A DNA stretch of 63,991 bases, counting the filler, from Reticulomyxa filosa (lineage: Eukaryota > Protista > Foraminifera), in NCBI GenBank assembly GCA_000512085.1. It is 24 parts of 24 records of this genome, joined end to end, with 100 filler letters (N's around TTAATTAATTAA, not from the genome) between each part and the next. Parts side by side here need not be neighbours in the genome. Positions count along the whole stretch, not along the records: positions 1 to 2,865 come from ASPP01014080.1; positions 2,966 to 4,825 come from ASPP01048106.1; positions 4,926 to 7,382 come from ASPP01045543.1; positions 7,483 to 9,729 come from ASPP01010035.1; positions 9,830 to 13,435 come from ASPP01010576.1; 19 more parts are not named here. One strand, written 5' to 3'. The position numbers were made by a program, and so were the translations under genes. Below are positions 1 through 13,305 of the stretch, piece after piece (the stretch's first letter is position 1; each line of letters begins with the position of its first letter). The notes beneath the pieces are model-generated. The model saw nothing but the letters and a program-made list of their open reading frames with translations. It did no database searches and was not told the DNA's origin.

Positions 1-1857
1 AATAGTGTGGGGGGGGGGGGGAGGGAAAAGATGGAAGCAACACTCGAAAATGGGAAGAGTGATTGGAACTGAATTGCACATATTTGGAGAGGAGTTGCAA
101 ATGGCACTGGACGGTTCCGGGAAAGTTCCACGCTACCACAACTGTACACAAGTCGCAGTGCGACAATAGCGAGGACGCCAGCTCTTCTCACAAGTGCAGC
201 AGCGACGGCAATATCCAGATTGAAAAAGAGATCGATGATACATACGAAATTTGGAAGAAACTCAACATTGTCGCACGGCGAAGATTGGGATGAGAGTCCA
301 CTGACTACCAATACCAATACCAACACTACAATGACTACGACAATGAATACGAATCGTACACACATTGCCAGCCATGGTGGCGACGAAATTGAGACCAGTG
401 ACGTCGACGCCACAGTTACATCCAAATACAAATCCAAACAAGCGACGAAAGATCATCAAAGCCAAAGTCAAAGCGAAACGGTTCAATGTCATTTCATATT
501 ACTTTTTTTTTTTTTTAAATTAACACTTTGTCCTTCTTTGCAAGAGTAAAAAACTTTTCGGCAAAGGATTGGTTTTTGTTATCAAATACTTCACCTAAAA
601 TAAGCATGTAGGGTTTTTTTAAGGAAGAAAAAAATAGATTTGGAGAGACTCTTTGCGTCATACTTATTTGACAAATTGAAACTTAGTTTAAAAAAAACCT
701 ATATCAAATACGAATTGTTTTGTCATAAGACGCTCAATATCAAAGCAAACATTTTCATCTTCGTATTGCATTTTCCAAAATTACATAAAACTAATGAAAA
801 AGTTTGAAATTCATTTTATTTTTATAGTCTATGTTTACATTAGCACGTTTCGGTAATAAAAAATGAGAATCTTCATATTCTGATCTATCTTTTGATAGAT
901 AATGGCTAGTGCTTTTGTTTATAAAGGTGGCATTTGCTTTTTTTTTAAAATCTCGTTCAAAATTATTTTGCCGTTTTTTCCTTTTTGCAAAAAAATTCTG
1001 CCACTTTTTTTTGGACTCGCTCTATAAATATTAGTATCAAAAGCAAAATTGGAATTATTTGCAAAATATACTTATTAAAGTTGCAGTTTTTTTAAAGATC
1101 AGACTTATTTCATGATTCTATTTTATTTTATTTTTTTTGTAATGTAAAGCATAATGTATCTAAAGTGAATCATAATGTATAAAGTGAATCAAATGAATTT
1201 AACTGATAATACTACAATTGACATTCTACAAACATGAGATTTTATTTAAGTTCATTCTAGAAAAAATTAAAATAAAAGGAAAAGCTACTGCATCACAAAA
1301 ACATAAACCTTTGAAGTCTTTCTCATGTTTTGACTTTAAATGATATATTTAATCAAAATAATGAGTCTATTTGACAAATCGATAGAAATTTTGCTCAAGA
1401 ACAAACATCACTTATGTTGTTGAATTTTTTGAATTGTTCTTTCCATTTGATTGAATACTTAGTTATTGTTATTTTTAAAAAAGCAGACAACACCACAACA
1501 TTAATTAAAAATGAAGAGAGTGTATTGACAAACGAAGAGAAACAAGACAAAATAAGGAAAGAACGATGTTGCAATCATCGCAATGATATAATAGCCAATC
1601 CTTCGCCAAAAAGTATTTTTTTTGCCTTTGCAAAGAAGGACAAAGTGCTAATGTTTATAATCATGCCCAAAAGATAAAATTTAGGCAAAGAAAAAAGATA
1701 TACAATGACATTGATTGAATTAGAATATCAATATTGAAGAGTTTTTTTTTTTAAGAAATTTATAATGCATTGACAAATCGCAAAAGGGTGTTACTGTTAC
1801 AAAATCGTTTAAAAGAAACAGTTTTTCATATTATTTATTGGATTGAAAAAAAATCTA

Positions 1858-2527
1858 TCAATGATTTTTTTTGCCTATTTTTTTGAAGGCAAATGTGTCA
1901 GTTTGCTTTAAAATATGCAAAGTAACATCCCGTTTGAAACGGAGAAAGCCATGTTTTTGATAAGCAGCTTTTTCTTGGGGAATACCCTTTGCATTTTGTC
2001 TGGACACCCATTCGTTTTCATTCCAATCAACACTTTGGCTCCAGTTTTTTTTGGCCTTCAATTCATGGAACTTGCATTCGTATAAAGACTGTGAAATGAT
2101 CACACAAGGATGTGGAGGCGTGGCCCACAATATGCGGTCGCACCACGCCGGCACGCGCTTCTTATGGTATCGTTGCTCCCTTTTTGGAACTTGTACGTTG
2201 ATCTGTCCCTCCATAAATTGCTGCAGCATCGGCGACACCGTGGCCGTTGCAAAAAGCAGCTCGTCATCGGTCATTGAAAGATATTCTCCTGTTGAATATG
2301 TTTCTTTTCTGTTTCCAATTGTTCCCACAAATAGTGATGCAAATGATCCAACAAGCCACGATACACCTATTTGAGATGTTTGTTACAAATGAAATATACA
2401 TATACATATATGAAATACTAAAAATTAAAAAACATACATCAATGGATTCCATAAATTTCCAAAGGATTTTAAACAGGTTTTCAATCCTTTCAGACTTGTC
2501 GTCATCTCCAAAGGCAAATTGCCACAT
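1858..2527 (-). pseudogene. Degenerate inositol polyphosphate 5-phosphatase-like fragment
   Basis: FMEGQIN...YHKKRVPAWCDRILW matches the 5-phosphatase R-x-P-A/S-W-C-D-R-I-L-W motif. The PTYK and SDHxPV motifs are not visible. GT..AG intron at about 2367-2437. Confidence 0.5.
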
Positions 2528-2629
2528 TCATTGTCAGGTTTTTCATTGAGGTTTTGGCGTTTTTATAAAATTTGCCCATTATCGACAAAAAGCAAAGACC
2601 ATTTTGGAATATACTCAAGACTTAAACAA

Positions 2630-2865
2630 ATGATAGTCTTGTATAATAAATTATACGTAGATAAACTTGATCGAACACAACTATGTTAAATAACCAAGCT
2701 TTCTCGCTGCTTTTCCATAAACATGCTTGGAATAGGTCATGTTTGAATCAATGAATAATATAAAATATTTCACATGATCACATGCCTTCAAATTGGGATG
2801 CGATATATTGAGTCTAATTAACTGCAAGTAACATCTTCCATTTGTTGGACCAAATAGATACTTCA
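2630..2865 (-). mobile_element. Degenerate non-LTR (LINE) reverse transcriptase C-terminal fragment
   Basis: Nucleotide similarity to 52810-53104, e.g. aaataaccaag.tt...tgctt..cca, ttcacatgat, ctgcaagtaacatctt. Confidence 0.7.
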
Positions 2866-2965
2866 NNNNNNNNNNNNNNNNNNNNNNNNNNNNNNNNNNN
2901 NNNNNNNNNTTAATTAATTAANNNNNNNNNNNNNNNNNNNNNNNNNNNNNNNNNNNNNNNNNNNN
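2866..2965. other. Artificial contig linker (N-run + TTAATTAATTAA + N-run, 100 nt); first of 23 such linkers in the window
   Basis: The same six-frame-stop linker recurs through the window (e.g. 4826-4925, 30320-30419, 62431-62530), and sequence on either side is unrelated. Confidence 0.98.
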
Positions 2966-4043
2966 TGTTGGCCTTTGTGGCCATCAAGTTCTTCTGTCAA
3001 TGAAATAGCTATTTGAAAAAATCGTGTAATTGTATATATTTCAAAAGAGTGTCACCATTTTGTTGCGCAATACTTTTGTCACACATGTCAATAATTCTTT
3101 TTAGTTACTTTAAAAGTAATGTAATAAATCAATTATCATAAAAAATTTAAATAAAAGAAGAAGCAAACAAAGAAAACAAATACTTTCACTACTGACAATT
3201 TTTTTATAATGTGATTAAATCAAAATTTTTTTAAGTTAAAAAAATGAATTTTTTAGATAGATTTCCTTTCATTAACTTGTTAATAGTCAACAAAAAAAAG
3301 TCAAGTCAAGACATTGAATCAAATGATCGACAGATCTGCTACTGTTGCTGAATTATATTACTTCAAAGTATAAGTAAGTATCTATGCTATGTTATATGTT
3401 ATCAAGTCCTCAATGATTTGCGTTACATTGCTGTCGATATTTTTTAGTTTTGTAATGTTATTTGATCCACTAACAAGTTATGTATGTATATATTTTTTCA
3501 TTTAAATATCTTATTGTGTGTTGTTTTTTTTAGGAAGGACCATTTTGGTCCGCGAAAATATTAATTCCAATTCTCAATCTTACAACAATTCTTGCAACAA
3601 CACTAATAACCATTTTTAGACCTAAACAAATTTTCAAGATTTATGGCTGGACGTAAAAAAAAGCGATCAATAACAAGATTACATGTTTTTTAATTTATTT
3701 TTCAAGAGTTGTTTTCATTTTGTTTTGGCAATGAAATGATTTATTATTTGTTTCATTCACAACTCACACTACTCAAAAATTTCTCCTACTATAATTTGGA
3801 GCAATTTTTTTTTGACTGACTCCATTTTAATTTTTACGCAAATCTATATTTTCCTTTACGTAAAGCTTTTTTTGGGAGCTGCCTTGCAGAATCAGATCTG
3901 AGAAGTAAGGATTTATCGAATAGCACTCAAGCGAATGAACTATTGTATTGTCGAATGCAACAATAAGCATTGCTGGCCGATAAAGGCTGGGCCAGCATTG
4001 TAAACGGTTTCAAGTTTTAACAGAAAAAAAAAAGTCGAAATGT

Positions 4044-4825
4044 TTATGCATCTTGCTGGACATAGCTGGTTAAAGGAATATCAATTTCTTTTTGTTGAGC
4101 AGATTTGCGGTTAAGCGCAATTCGACGATAGATGAAATATGCAATCAAAGCAATGATTACAACAAGCGCACCAGCAACGACAACAGGGACAATGACATTG
4201 AGATTGTTGCTATCATTTCCTGAACTGGAGCTGTTTGAGCTTTGAGCACTGTCATCTATGGTATCAGTTTCAACACTTTCTTCGGTATCTTCATCAGTGT
4301 GGTCTTTATCTTCATTAACATCTTGATTGGTAATTTCAATGCGTGATGAAGTGGAGCATTTCGACCATTGATTCATAATATAATTGTTCCACTCACTTGC
4401 AGTCATGCTTACACCCCGATAAGTCCAATAGTCGTAAGAAGGACGCATATCAGCGTGAATATATGTGTTGGCCAATCCCAAGCCAATATCTTGGCCATTG
4501 CTTTGGAAGATAGGACGACATTTGCAAATGACTGCATTGGCATAGTTCCACAATCCAGCATTGCTGTATGCATCGACAGCAGTTCCGGACATGTGACGGG
4601 AGTAGTTGGCACCACCTACAGCAGAATTGTGAGTCACTGTACGATAGGCACTGTTGATATACACTGCACTCTTTAACGTATCTCTTACTGTTTGCAAGCA
4701 TTGGACCAACTCTGGAGCCAGTCTGAATCCGTCACTGCCATCTTTGCTTACAAATTCTTTCACTGCAAAATTGTTGCTCAGCAAAGTGTTCAATCCACTT
4801 TGCTTGGCACTGAACAAGCTTTCAC
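4044..4825 (-). CDS. Peptidase M15A-like (D-Ala-D-Ala / peptidoglycan Zn-peptidase) domain with Ser/acidic stalk and C-terminal TM anchor; 5' truncated
   Basis: NFAVKEF, INSAYRT..HN..VGG...SRHMSGTAVD, GLGL...YIHAD give the SxHxxGxAxD + HxD Zn ligands. TM segment VIVPVVVAGALVVIIALIAYFIY-RR. Confidence 0.85.
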
Positions 4826-4925
4826 NNNNNNNNNNNNNNNNNNNNNNNNNNNNNNNNNNNNNNNNNNNNTTAATTAATTAANNNNNNNNNNNNNNNNNNN
4901 NNNNNNNNNNNNNNNNNNNNNNNNN

Positions 4926-5726
4926 AAAAAAAAAAAATGCACACATTGTCGAAAAAATGTCCTCCCATCCCCTTTTTATTTTCAGCGACCAATCAAGTAA
5001 AACAAAAAGAGCATAACATCAAAAGGGAAGTTTTCCAATTCAAATTCTTCGGCAAAAGTCATATCTGCTTCATAGCGACACCGAACCCATTTTCCGAAAT
5101 TCGGATCAAAGCCAAGTAAATCGGTGTAATTTTGCTCATTTCCTTCCCAAGAATTTCGCAGAGCTTTATTATGAACTGCGTCCTTTACCTCATACTTAGC
5201 TTCTACATTGTTTAATACACATACATAAATACACCATACAAATGTATACATACATATATATAAATGTATGTATATGCATATATAAATGTATATATATATA
5301 TGTATATATAAATGTATCATATATATGTATATACATATATGTATATATATTTATAAATGTGCAAATGACAAAACGATGCTCTTCAAAGAGGGAGACAACA
5401 ACAACGTTGGTAAACTCGACTCCAGGGACCCACTGTGGTACCCAGCCGATGGGTTCCAAAGAGTTTTTGTGATCCTTCACAAATTCTTCATAGTCTTTTG
5501 CTTCCTGTTTAGTGGCCAACCACGTCAAGTAGTAATGAAATCTACAACGAAATGTCTCGCGCGCTGTGTCGATTTCACTTATCCTTTTGATTTTGCATTC
5601 CCAAAATATCAAACGAGAGTTTGCTTCTTTGGCCACGTCCGATGATTTCCATCCTGCTTTGGCTTTCTTCTCCACTATCGGATTGTCGATATCGATTGAT
5701 ACTGACTGTCGTTTTGTGTCACTCAT
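4926..5726 (-). CDS. Cys-less (Pro-loop) pentameric ligand-gated ion channel, extracellular domain; multi-exon, 3' truncated
   Basis: KIKRISEIDTARETFRCRFHYYLTW (beta1-beta2), WVPGVEFTN (WxP motif), FAEEFELENFPFDV (FPFD Pro-loop). TA-microsatellite intron at about 5200-5400. Confidence 0.75.
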
Positions 5727-6439
5727 TTTGTTATCAGATTTATGTTTCTTTTTCAAAAATAAACAACAAAAGGTTTTCTTTTGTTAGGTATACATGTGGG
5801 ATCTTCTCTTCTTTGTCAAACAAACGATGGTAGTAAAAATTATCTTCATCTTTTTCTATATGTTGATGCAAAAACGAAGAGCGATGAAGCTGGCTGTAGC
5901 TTCGTTGAATCTTTTCGGTCACCGCATGTTTCAACCTGTTTGAATTTGGACCCAACTGAACAACTCGCAAAGCTGAAAAGAAAAAAGCAAATGTAACTGG
6001 CGTGGGCTTGAATGGTGATTTGTGTCATTTCCAGATATCATGATTGTCAGAATGGGAACTATTACTTGATTTTTTTGGAGACGCAACTTCTCTTTTCAAG
6101 GGCACGTCTTTCAAATAACACCCAGTGAATTACAACATCTTATTTTCGGTGGACATGATAAAAGTTTCCTACAATGAACAATACAATATTTTTATGTCAA
6201 ACGCTTGCTCGATTTACATTCAGCTTGTTTAAAATGATTATACAAGCTCAAACAGATTTATAATGAAGAGCAGTTAGAAGGATTACAGGTACAATGTCTT
6301 AGATTAATTCCAATGGAAACGATATAATTTACACAAAATAGGTTCAGCAAATAAAAGACGCCAGGAAAAAAAAAAGCAAAGAGTACAAAGCTTAATATTT
6401 TGCTTTTGACAAAATATATATATATATTTTTGAGGAATT

Positions 6440-7382
6440 ATGCTCTCTGGAGCACTGCAATCAGTCTTTCAAGCACCGTTGAAAACATTTTACAAATTTT
6501 TCCTGACTAAACTCATAGGGAAGTTTGTGTACAATGAATTCGACTTGGAGCAGCTAGACATTCAACTAACCCAAGGGAAAATAGAATTATCAAATCTTAT
6601 TCTCAACACGGAGGTGAGAAAAAAAAGCAAAAAGCAAAAAGCAAAAAGCAGAAAGCTAAAACTTAAAAATAAACTAACAAAAACAAAAAGCTGTTGAATA
6701 AGTTGGTAGAAGGGATGCCATTTTATGTGGTATTGGCCAAAATCAACCGCATTCGAATCGACTGTCCACTTTTAGATTTGTGGGATGGAGCATGTATATT
6801 ACATATCGATGGATTTCATATGAATGTAGTGCCATTGATAGACAAAGAAAACATCATTGAAGAACTATCGAAATTTAATTACAATTCATTGGCACGAGGT
6901 TTGTCTAAAGTGTTGTCCATCGAAGACATGGATGAAAACCAAGTGGAGCAGCTCGTCACATTGCATCGAGGGATGACGGAAAAGATAAACCCTGCATCGG
7001 CAGTTTTCTGACTTTTTTTGTTCAAAAAAGTCGCTTTTTCACAAATTTCAAAGGAGGGAAAAAAAGAGAGATCAAACAGCAAAATTTGGAAAGATATTTT
7101 AAATAGATAAAATGAATATGAGAATACAAATAAACAAATATATTGACATCAACATTAATATATAATATATAATATATAATATATATATATATAAATAATA
7201 TTTAAATAATATTTAAATATGTAAATATTAAATGTGTATGTTTCAATATATGTATGTGCAACCAATGATGAGAGGTATTTGTTGACAAAGACGAAGAGGA
7301 AGAAGAGAGACAAATACACGAAAATGAAAACGATGAAGACAATGACAACAACGATGATAATGACGATGACGACAACAACAAC
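6440..7382 (+). CDS. ATG2: ATG2-like (chorein-N domain) protein, N-terminal exons; 3' truncated
   Basis: KFFLTKLIGKFV..EFDLEQLDIQLTQGKIELSNLILN..LNKLV..MPFYVV..KINRIRIDCP matches the chorein_N pattern of ATG2. Intron 6614-6690 joins the two ORFs in frame. Confidence 0.75.
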
Positions 7383-7704
7383 NNNNNNNNNNNNNNNNNN
7401 NNNNNNNNNNNNNNNNNNNNNNNNNNTTAATTAATTAANNNNNNNNNNNNNNNNNNNNNNNNNNNNNNNNNNNNNNNNNNNNAACACAAAAAACTGTCGT
7501 TACATTTGCTTGTGTTTGTTTGCACAAGAATTTGTTGTTCAATTTTCGGGTTCCAGGCTACACAATCTCGAAAAACATTTTAGTTATGGAAAAAGCAAAA
7601 AAAGCTTTTTTAAATGTTGTTCTATAATTAAAAGAAAATCTTTGTTGGCAAAGATTTAATTGGACCAAAATATTCTCGACTTTTCGAACTTCTAATGACC
7701 CTTA

Positions 7705-8052
7705 TCATAGATCAGGAAAGAGTACAAAACCTACAACTATTCCAACTACACTTCCAAACAAACTCCATAGTGCACCTCGTCTAATAGGGTCAATTTTGAT
7801 TTCTGTATTTCTCACATTTTCAGGATAATTATAGTAAGACAGGCAGTTGATGCCCACAGCCGTTACTGTGCATCCTAATATAAACCGTCTTCGTTTTTCA
7901 TCCGTAGCTATATCTTTGTCTTTCGTGAATACTGCGTGCACTATTATGCTGCTGCCACAAACTAGACCAAGACCACCAAAATAGAAGAAGTTCTTGCTCC
8001 CAGAGTTACTGGATTTGGCATCACCCTCTTTAAAGCTTTCCCATACAGACAT
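7705..8052 (-). CDS. Small multi-pass membrane protein (about 3 TM), unknown function
   Basis: Three hydrophobic Gly-rich segments. Likely start is MSVWESF. Confidence 0.45.
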   Translation of the reverse strand: MSVWESFKEGDAKSSNSGSKNFFYFGGLGLVCGSSIIVHAVFTKDKDIATDEKRRRFILGCTVTAVGINCLSYYNYPENVRNTEIKIDPIRRGALWSLFGSVVGIVVGFVLFPDL

Positions 8053-8448
8053 CACGTAATAATTTTTAAATATTTTAAAGTTTTTCGGTGAACTAAAAAA
8101 CGGGATTTGTTTGTTCGTACTCTTCATGCAAGTAAAACGGGAAAAAATATTGTATGAGCGAAACAAATTGCACATAGCTTTCCCATTCTTATTCTAATTT
8201 TTTATGTTTTTTCAAACGTTCGCCTACACCTGTGACATTAACACAGCTTTTAAATTTTTTAAAAGTAATTTACGAAAAGAATCACTTACGTTGAACGACA
8301 CAGAAGAGATTATCACAAAGTCATTTAAATTTTGATCTATAAAACAGAGGTAGTGTTGCCATTTTATGTGAATTAAAAGAAAAAGACTTTTCCAAAAAGA
8401 AATTAATGAAAAAGTAAAAGTTTATATTAATTAAAACATTCAACAACT

Positions 8449-9729
8449 ATGTCAGTTTGTTTAACGCAAGGTGATGTTGTGGTGGCTCATTTACCAACAA
8501 ATATAACAGCGATTGGCTTGATACGATTTATTGGGATAATTTCAGGTGGCGGTTTGACGCCTTACGTTGGACTGGAAACGGTGGAACCAATTGATCATGG
8601 ACATGACGGAACCATAAATGGACAATCGTATTTCAGTGTACAAAAAGGACATGGCATTCATGTGGAGCTATCAAAAATAATAAAAAAGTTGACAATGGAA
8701 GAAGTTCTTCTAAAATTGAAGGAAGTGATTGAAATGTTTAAAGTTATTGTTTTAACAACTGCATCACAAACAAAACATTGTTATGTGCAACATGCATTAC
8801 ACAATCAACAAAAAAGTCGAAGCTGGGAGAGTACGTCAATGCCCTAAAAGAGCGCGACGCGTATATTGAAGCATTGCAAAATAGTCACAAAGTTTTGAAA
8901 AATCATTTGAAGGCATTACAGTCAATGTCTTCCAATGGTCTTCATTCAACATCAAGAAACAACGACAGCACAGACTTGCCAAACAACAAAAATGGCATAC
9001 CAAATTCACAGCAAAAGATATCCAAGACTAACCTTGAGACTGGTTATCTTTAAAAATATATGTATATATTTTTTTCTAACTTTAAATTACGAAATATTTT
9101 GGTTGGTTGATCGAATGGGGGGGTTGGAAAAAAAAAAAAGGAATGAAAGACTTGCGAAGTCCTGGAAACGTGAGTGGTGGTTCGTTACAGCACATGGCAA
9201 GTCCATTTTTGAACAATGACAAGGACCAACAACAAACAGTTATCTAAGATTTCTATTATCTCATGCTCTTCTAATTACTATGATTTTTTTTTTAAAATGA
9301 TCTTGTTCTCTTCCGTGTCTCTTCTTTTTTTTTTTTGTTCCCAAGGAATCAAATCCAACAAAAAATTGCAAATATGAGTATATTAATATATACACATATA
9401 TACCTTTTTTTTGATTGGGTACACGTACAACAAATGGACTCCAAAAAAAGACTCAATTATCAGGTTTTGTCAGCCCAAAACAATACGGGCATGACAAAGT
9501 TTGGAAAGTCTCTGGACAGATATCAGATAGAAGCATCACAGAACCAGTTATAAATGACAACATGACGATGACGATCAGTGGTTTCGTCAATGAGTCACTA
9601 CAGCCGCAAAGATACACTAATGAGGCGAGTCATAATGATACCGAATCCAAACGAAAAAAAGCAATGGACTTGAACGGCAATAACAACAACAACAACGTTA
9701 ATAATAATAATAATAATAATAATGATAAT
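8449..9729 (+). CDS. CAP-Gly domain and coiled-coil protein, multi-exon; 3' truncated
   Basis: GLIRFIG...YVGLE...GHDGTINGQSYF...GHGIHV matches CAP-Gly. In-frame intron 8743-8816. Confidence 0.85.
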
Positions 9730-9941
9730 NNNNNNNNNNNNNNNNNNNNNNNNNNNNNNNNNNNNNNNNNNNNTTAATTAATTAANNNNNNNNNNNNNNN
9801 NNNNNNNNNNNNNNNNNNNNNNNNNNNNNTTTTTTTTTTTTTATCCAGTTTTTTTTTTTTTTTTTTTTTTTTAAATCATTGATTTATTTATCTATTTTTT
9901 GATTGTTTGTTTGTTTTGTTTTATTTTACGACAAAACGCAG

Positions 9942-11853
9942 GAATTAGCGATATCGCACACAAATCCATTGCGCCAGAACAAAACAGAGGATATCGACTC
10001 GAAGAGCGAAGAGATAAAAACGAGTGACGACAGAGACACAGAGCAGATGAAAAGGAAACAAAAAGTCATCAAACAATACAAATATTGGAGTGATTATTTA
10101 TCCCCTGCGTTGCATCACAAATCTCTGTTTTTGTTGCCGGGGATTCATTATCATAGCACTCCGTTTCACTTATTTAGTCAGGGCTATGATTTAATCTCGA
10201 ACAGCTCGACAATGTCGTCAGAAGTATTCGAAGACATACAAGATCGCATTCGTTATTTTGTCGAGTTGTGCGATTGCTTTCAAGGCATGAAATATAAAAC
10301 CTCCTCTTTTTTTTGTCTTCTTTTTTTTTTCCCTCCCTCCCTCTCTCTCAACAAGCAATAAAACAAATTTTGATTGGTTGCGTGTTTCTCTTTGTGATAC
10401 TACCCATAACACACAATGTGCTGTGTTTTTTGATTGGGTGTGAAACTGTAATAAGATAGGTTTTCAAATCTTTTGTGGCGGCAATTATGATGGTTGGAGT
10501 GGTATCGTTCCGGGAGTGGTGAATGACATTGTCCGTGATGACTATGGATCACGAAAAACTATTTTGATGTATGATTGTCAGCCTTTGCTATCTGCACATA
10601 TTTCCTCGCATCTTCTCAACTCAAGTGTAAACACTGACGACCAAATTTCAGTTGAAGAAACGGCACGAAGTCGTAGTCAGCTGAATAATATAATTTCTTT
10701 TACCCAAGTTTGGGGCAGCTGCAATCAAATTATACCATTGTCAGTGGATCATTGGAGGAAATTGGGAAGGTCAGACTATTTTCTTCACTCTCTTATTCGA
10801 CTGCTTGTTTGGTTCAACAAATAAATAAATAAGTCATCAAACATTGATCATTTGTGGGTGTTGATAAATAGTGGAAACACCGTTCGAGACTCAAGCATCA
10901 TGGGAGCTGCCATTCATCAGCACAATAGCATCTGTCGCGTGAAACATTCACATTTGTCGCTCGCGGATATCATTGATATGGTTACGTTGTATCCCTCAAT
11001 GAAAATGGCGATGTTGAGCACTGCATCGTCACACATCCCAATGGATTTGAACTATCAGCTGATGGACTCAATTCAACAATTGTTTGCGTTGCCTGTCCAA
11101 GATAAAAAAAAAGTCATGCCGCCAATATTCCATGATCGACTCATGTGTTTATCACCGATCCCTGACTCTTATTTTAGCGATCATAGCAGTGGTATGTTTT
11201 GCAACGACTCAAACATCTATCAATAAATAAATAAACAAAATTTTGCAAAGAATATGATAACCGAATGACATTACATGCATTGCATGTGTCAAATAGAGTG
11301 GGAGCCAGGTGAGATTTTAGGGGAGCACTCAAGCATTAATGGGTCAAGTATCTATCAGAACAATGACTCCAACAAGCAAGAAAAATTGAAATTGCTGTCG
11401 TTGAAACATGTATCACCATCGGATATAACTGCCGTTTTGATGACAGACATGAACACGCACCAAAGGTTGTATGCAAAGCTTCTCAGTGGGGGAGGTGAAT
11501 TCCCAACATCAATATATCCACGAAATGGACACTTAATATATCAAGCATGGAAATTTCCTTCCAACTTTCCTTTTTCGTCTTCTTCTTTGTCAGCCCAAGT
11601 TAGTAGCGAAGACACTGAATCAGATTTTGCACATACACCTTTGCATGATAGTGATTATTACAGTATGTGGTCTAGTTTGTGGACTGGCAAAGTTGTAGGC
11701 GAATATCACTTGAATCGGTGCAGTAAAGAACTGACACAAATAATTAGAGGTGGTAATGCAATTAAATTGTTGGGAGATAATGTTGATTTAGATTTAACTG
11801 AAATGAAAGAGAACCTGCTTGGATGGGCAGACTCATATCAACCATTATCTTGA
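9942..11853 (+). CDS. MSTO1: Misato/DML1 tubulin-like protein, multi-exon; 5' truncated
   Basis: YWSDYL...LHHKS and EDIQDRIRYFVELCDCFQG|FQIF...DGWSG..PGVV..IVRDDY are Misato signature segments across several exons. Confidence 0.8.
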
Positions 11854-12299
11854 TAGTTTAATTTTTTAATGAAGTACTAAGCTTTCTTAACATTAACTGA
11901 AATAAAACTAAAAAAATGTGCATTTAGTATGTAAAGTCAAAAATCAAATTTCCAGTAAGCATATGTTTTATTTTTAATTATGACAATACATCAGCTGCAA
12001 CTACGAAAAGTGCACCAACCCTAAAAAAGCAATACAAAGATTTTTTGGTAAATTCTAATAGTCGTACAAAAGTAAGCAGTTTTAATCACTGAACATTAGC
12101 ACTTTAGTGATACAGATTTTTGATATAAGCAATTCAAAAGTTGTTTTTCCCAAAAAGTTCACCAAAACATTCCACATTCAAAAAAAGCCTAGTTCATCCA
12201 AGCTAGTAATTGTTTTTTATTTCAATTGTAGTTTGAGTTATTCTACTAATTTCACAGTTTAAAGACTTATAAGCACATGTTGTCAAAAATAAGACTAAT

Positions 12300-13251
12300 T
12301 TAAAATAGCATTGTTTAAATAGCTGTCTTAAAATTAAGAAAAAACTGCTTACAATGCATCATCGTCAATTGTGCCTTCAGTTTGCATTAAAGTATCGAAA
12401 TTGAACAACTGAAGATTTGTGTAAGATATGTTCAGCGATGAAACTAGCATAAAACGGATCAACAGTGACTGAAAGCAATATTGTTGGCGACTAGTAAACT
12501 AGCATGTATCACATCGCACCAGTAAGCATACTGTCAATAATTGTATATAAAATTTTATAGTTTATAGTTTTATATAGCAAATGTAGTTAGTTTGGCCACA
12601 AAAATTAATTGCAATCTGGACTAACAATTGTACTTAGAATTGCTTAAAGATGAAATGAAGAAAAGTGTATTCCGTTATGTTATTATGAATTTGAAAATGA
12701 TATATACAGTAGAATGCAAAGTAAAGTTAACAAATAAAACGGCACCTATATAGTGCTTGATTTTTTACATGAAAAAACAACATTCATACATAATTTTTTA
12801 AACATTTAGTAAAGATTTAATAAAAACTAAATTCAAAATGATATTTAAAAAATACACGATTTATAGATATTTTTTTAAAAATTATGTCTAAATGCTGTTT
12901 TTTCATGTAGAAAATCAATCATCTATATAAAGCGCCGTTTTATGTGTCAACTTTACTTTGAATTCTACTTTATATCATCAGGATAATGCTCAGTATCACA
13001 AAGAGATCTTGTAATGTAATATTTCACATATGAATGTATAACATTGCTAGAACATTCACAGCAATTTCACATATTGAAAATTTGTAGCGTATCATCAAGT
13101 TCAAATTACATAGCAAGTATAATATTCACAATCAAGAGAAGCGTTCGCAAAAGAATATTATTTTGCTGATTTATGCACCAAACTTGTTGACCCCATGCAT
13201 CGCCGAATCAAAGCTGTTATCAAAGCTAGATGTTGGCATACTAAATACTAA
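12300..13251 (+). mobile_element. Degenerate Tc1/mariner transposase pseudogene
   Basis: Manual translation gives KKLLTMHHRQLCLQFALKYRN*TTED, MFSDETSIKRINSD*KQYCWR (first D), YHQDNAQYH (second D), and LVDPMHRRIKAVIKARCWHTKY* (typical Tc1 C-terminus). It has stops and frameshifts. Confidence 0.85.
12707..12970. mobile_element. MITE with ~100-bp imperfect terminal inverted repeats, flanked by TA, inserted in the Tc1 transposase
   Basis: Left end TA|CAGTAGAATGCAAAGTAAAGTTAACAAATAAAACGGCAC... pairs with right end ...GCGCCGTTTTATGTGTCAACTTTACTTTGAATTCTACTT|TA. Confidence 0.85.
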
Positions 13252-13305
13252 TACAAACAAATAATCTTAGTATTTGTGTTTTTTTGTACTTTAAACTAAA
13301 TAATA

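Noticed and set aside
5200-5360. YIYI/ICIY-rich hydrophobic peptides (also 17900-17990, 24725-24790, 25830-25900)
   Set aside because: TA/TAYA microsatellites inside introns translated by ORF read-through
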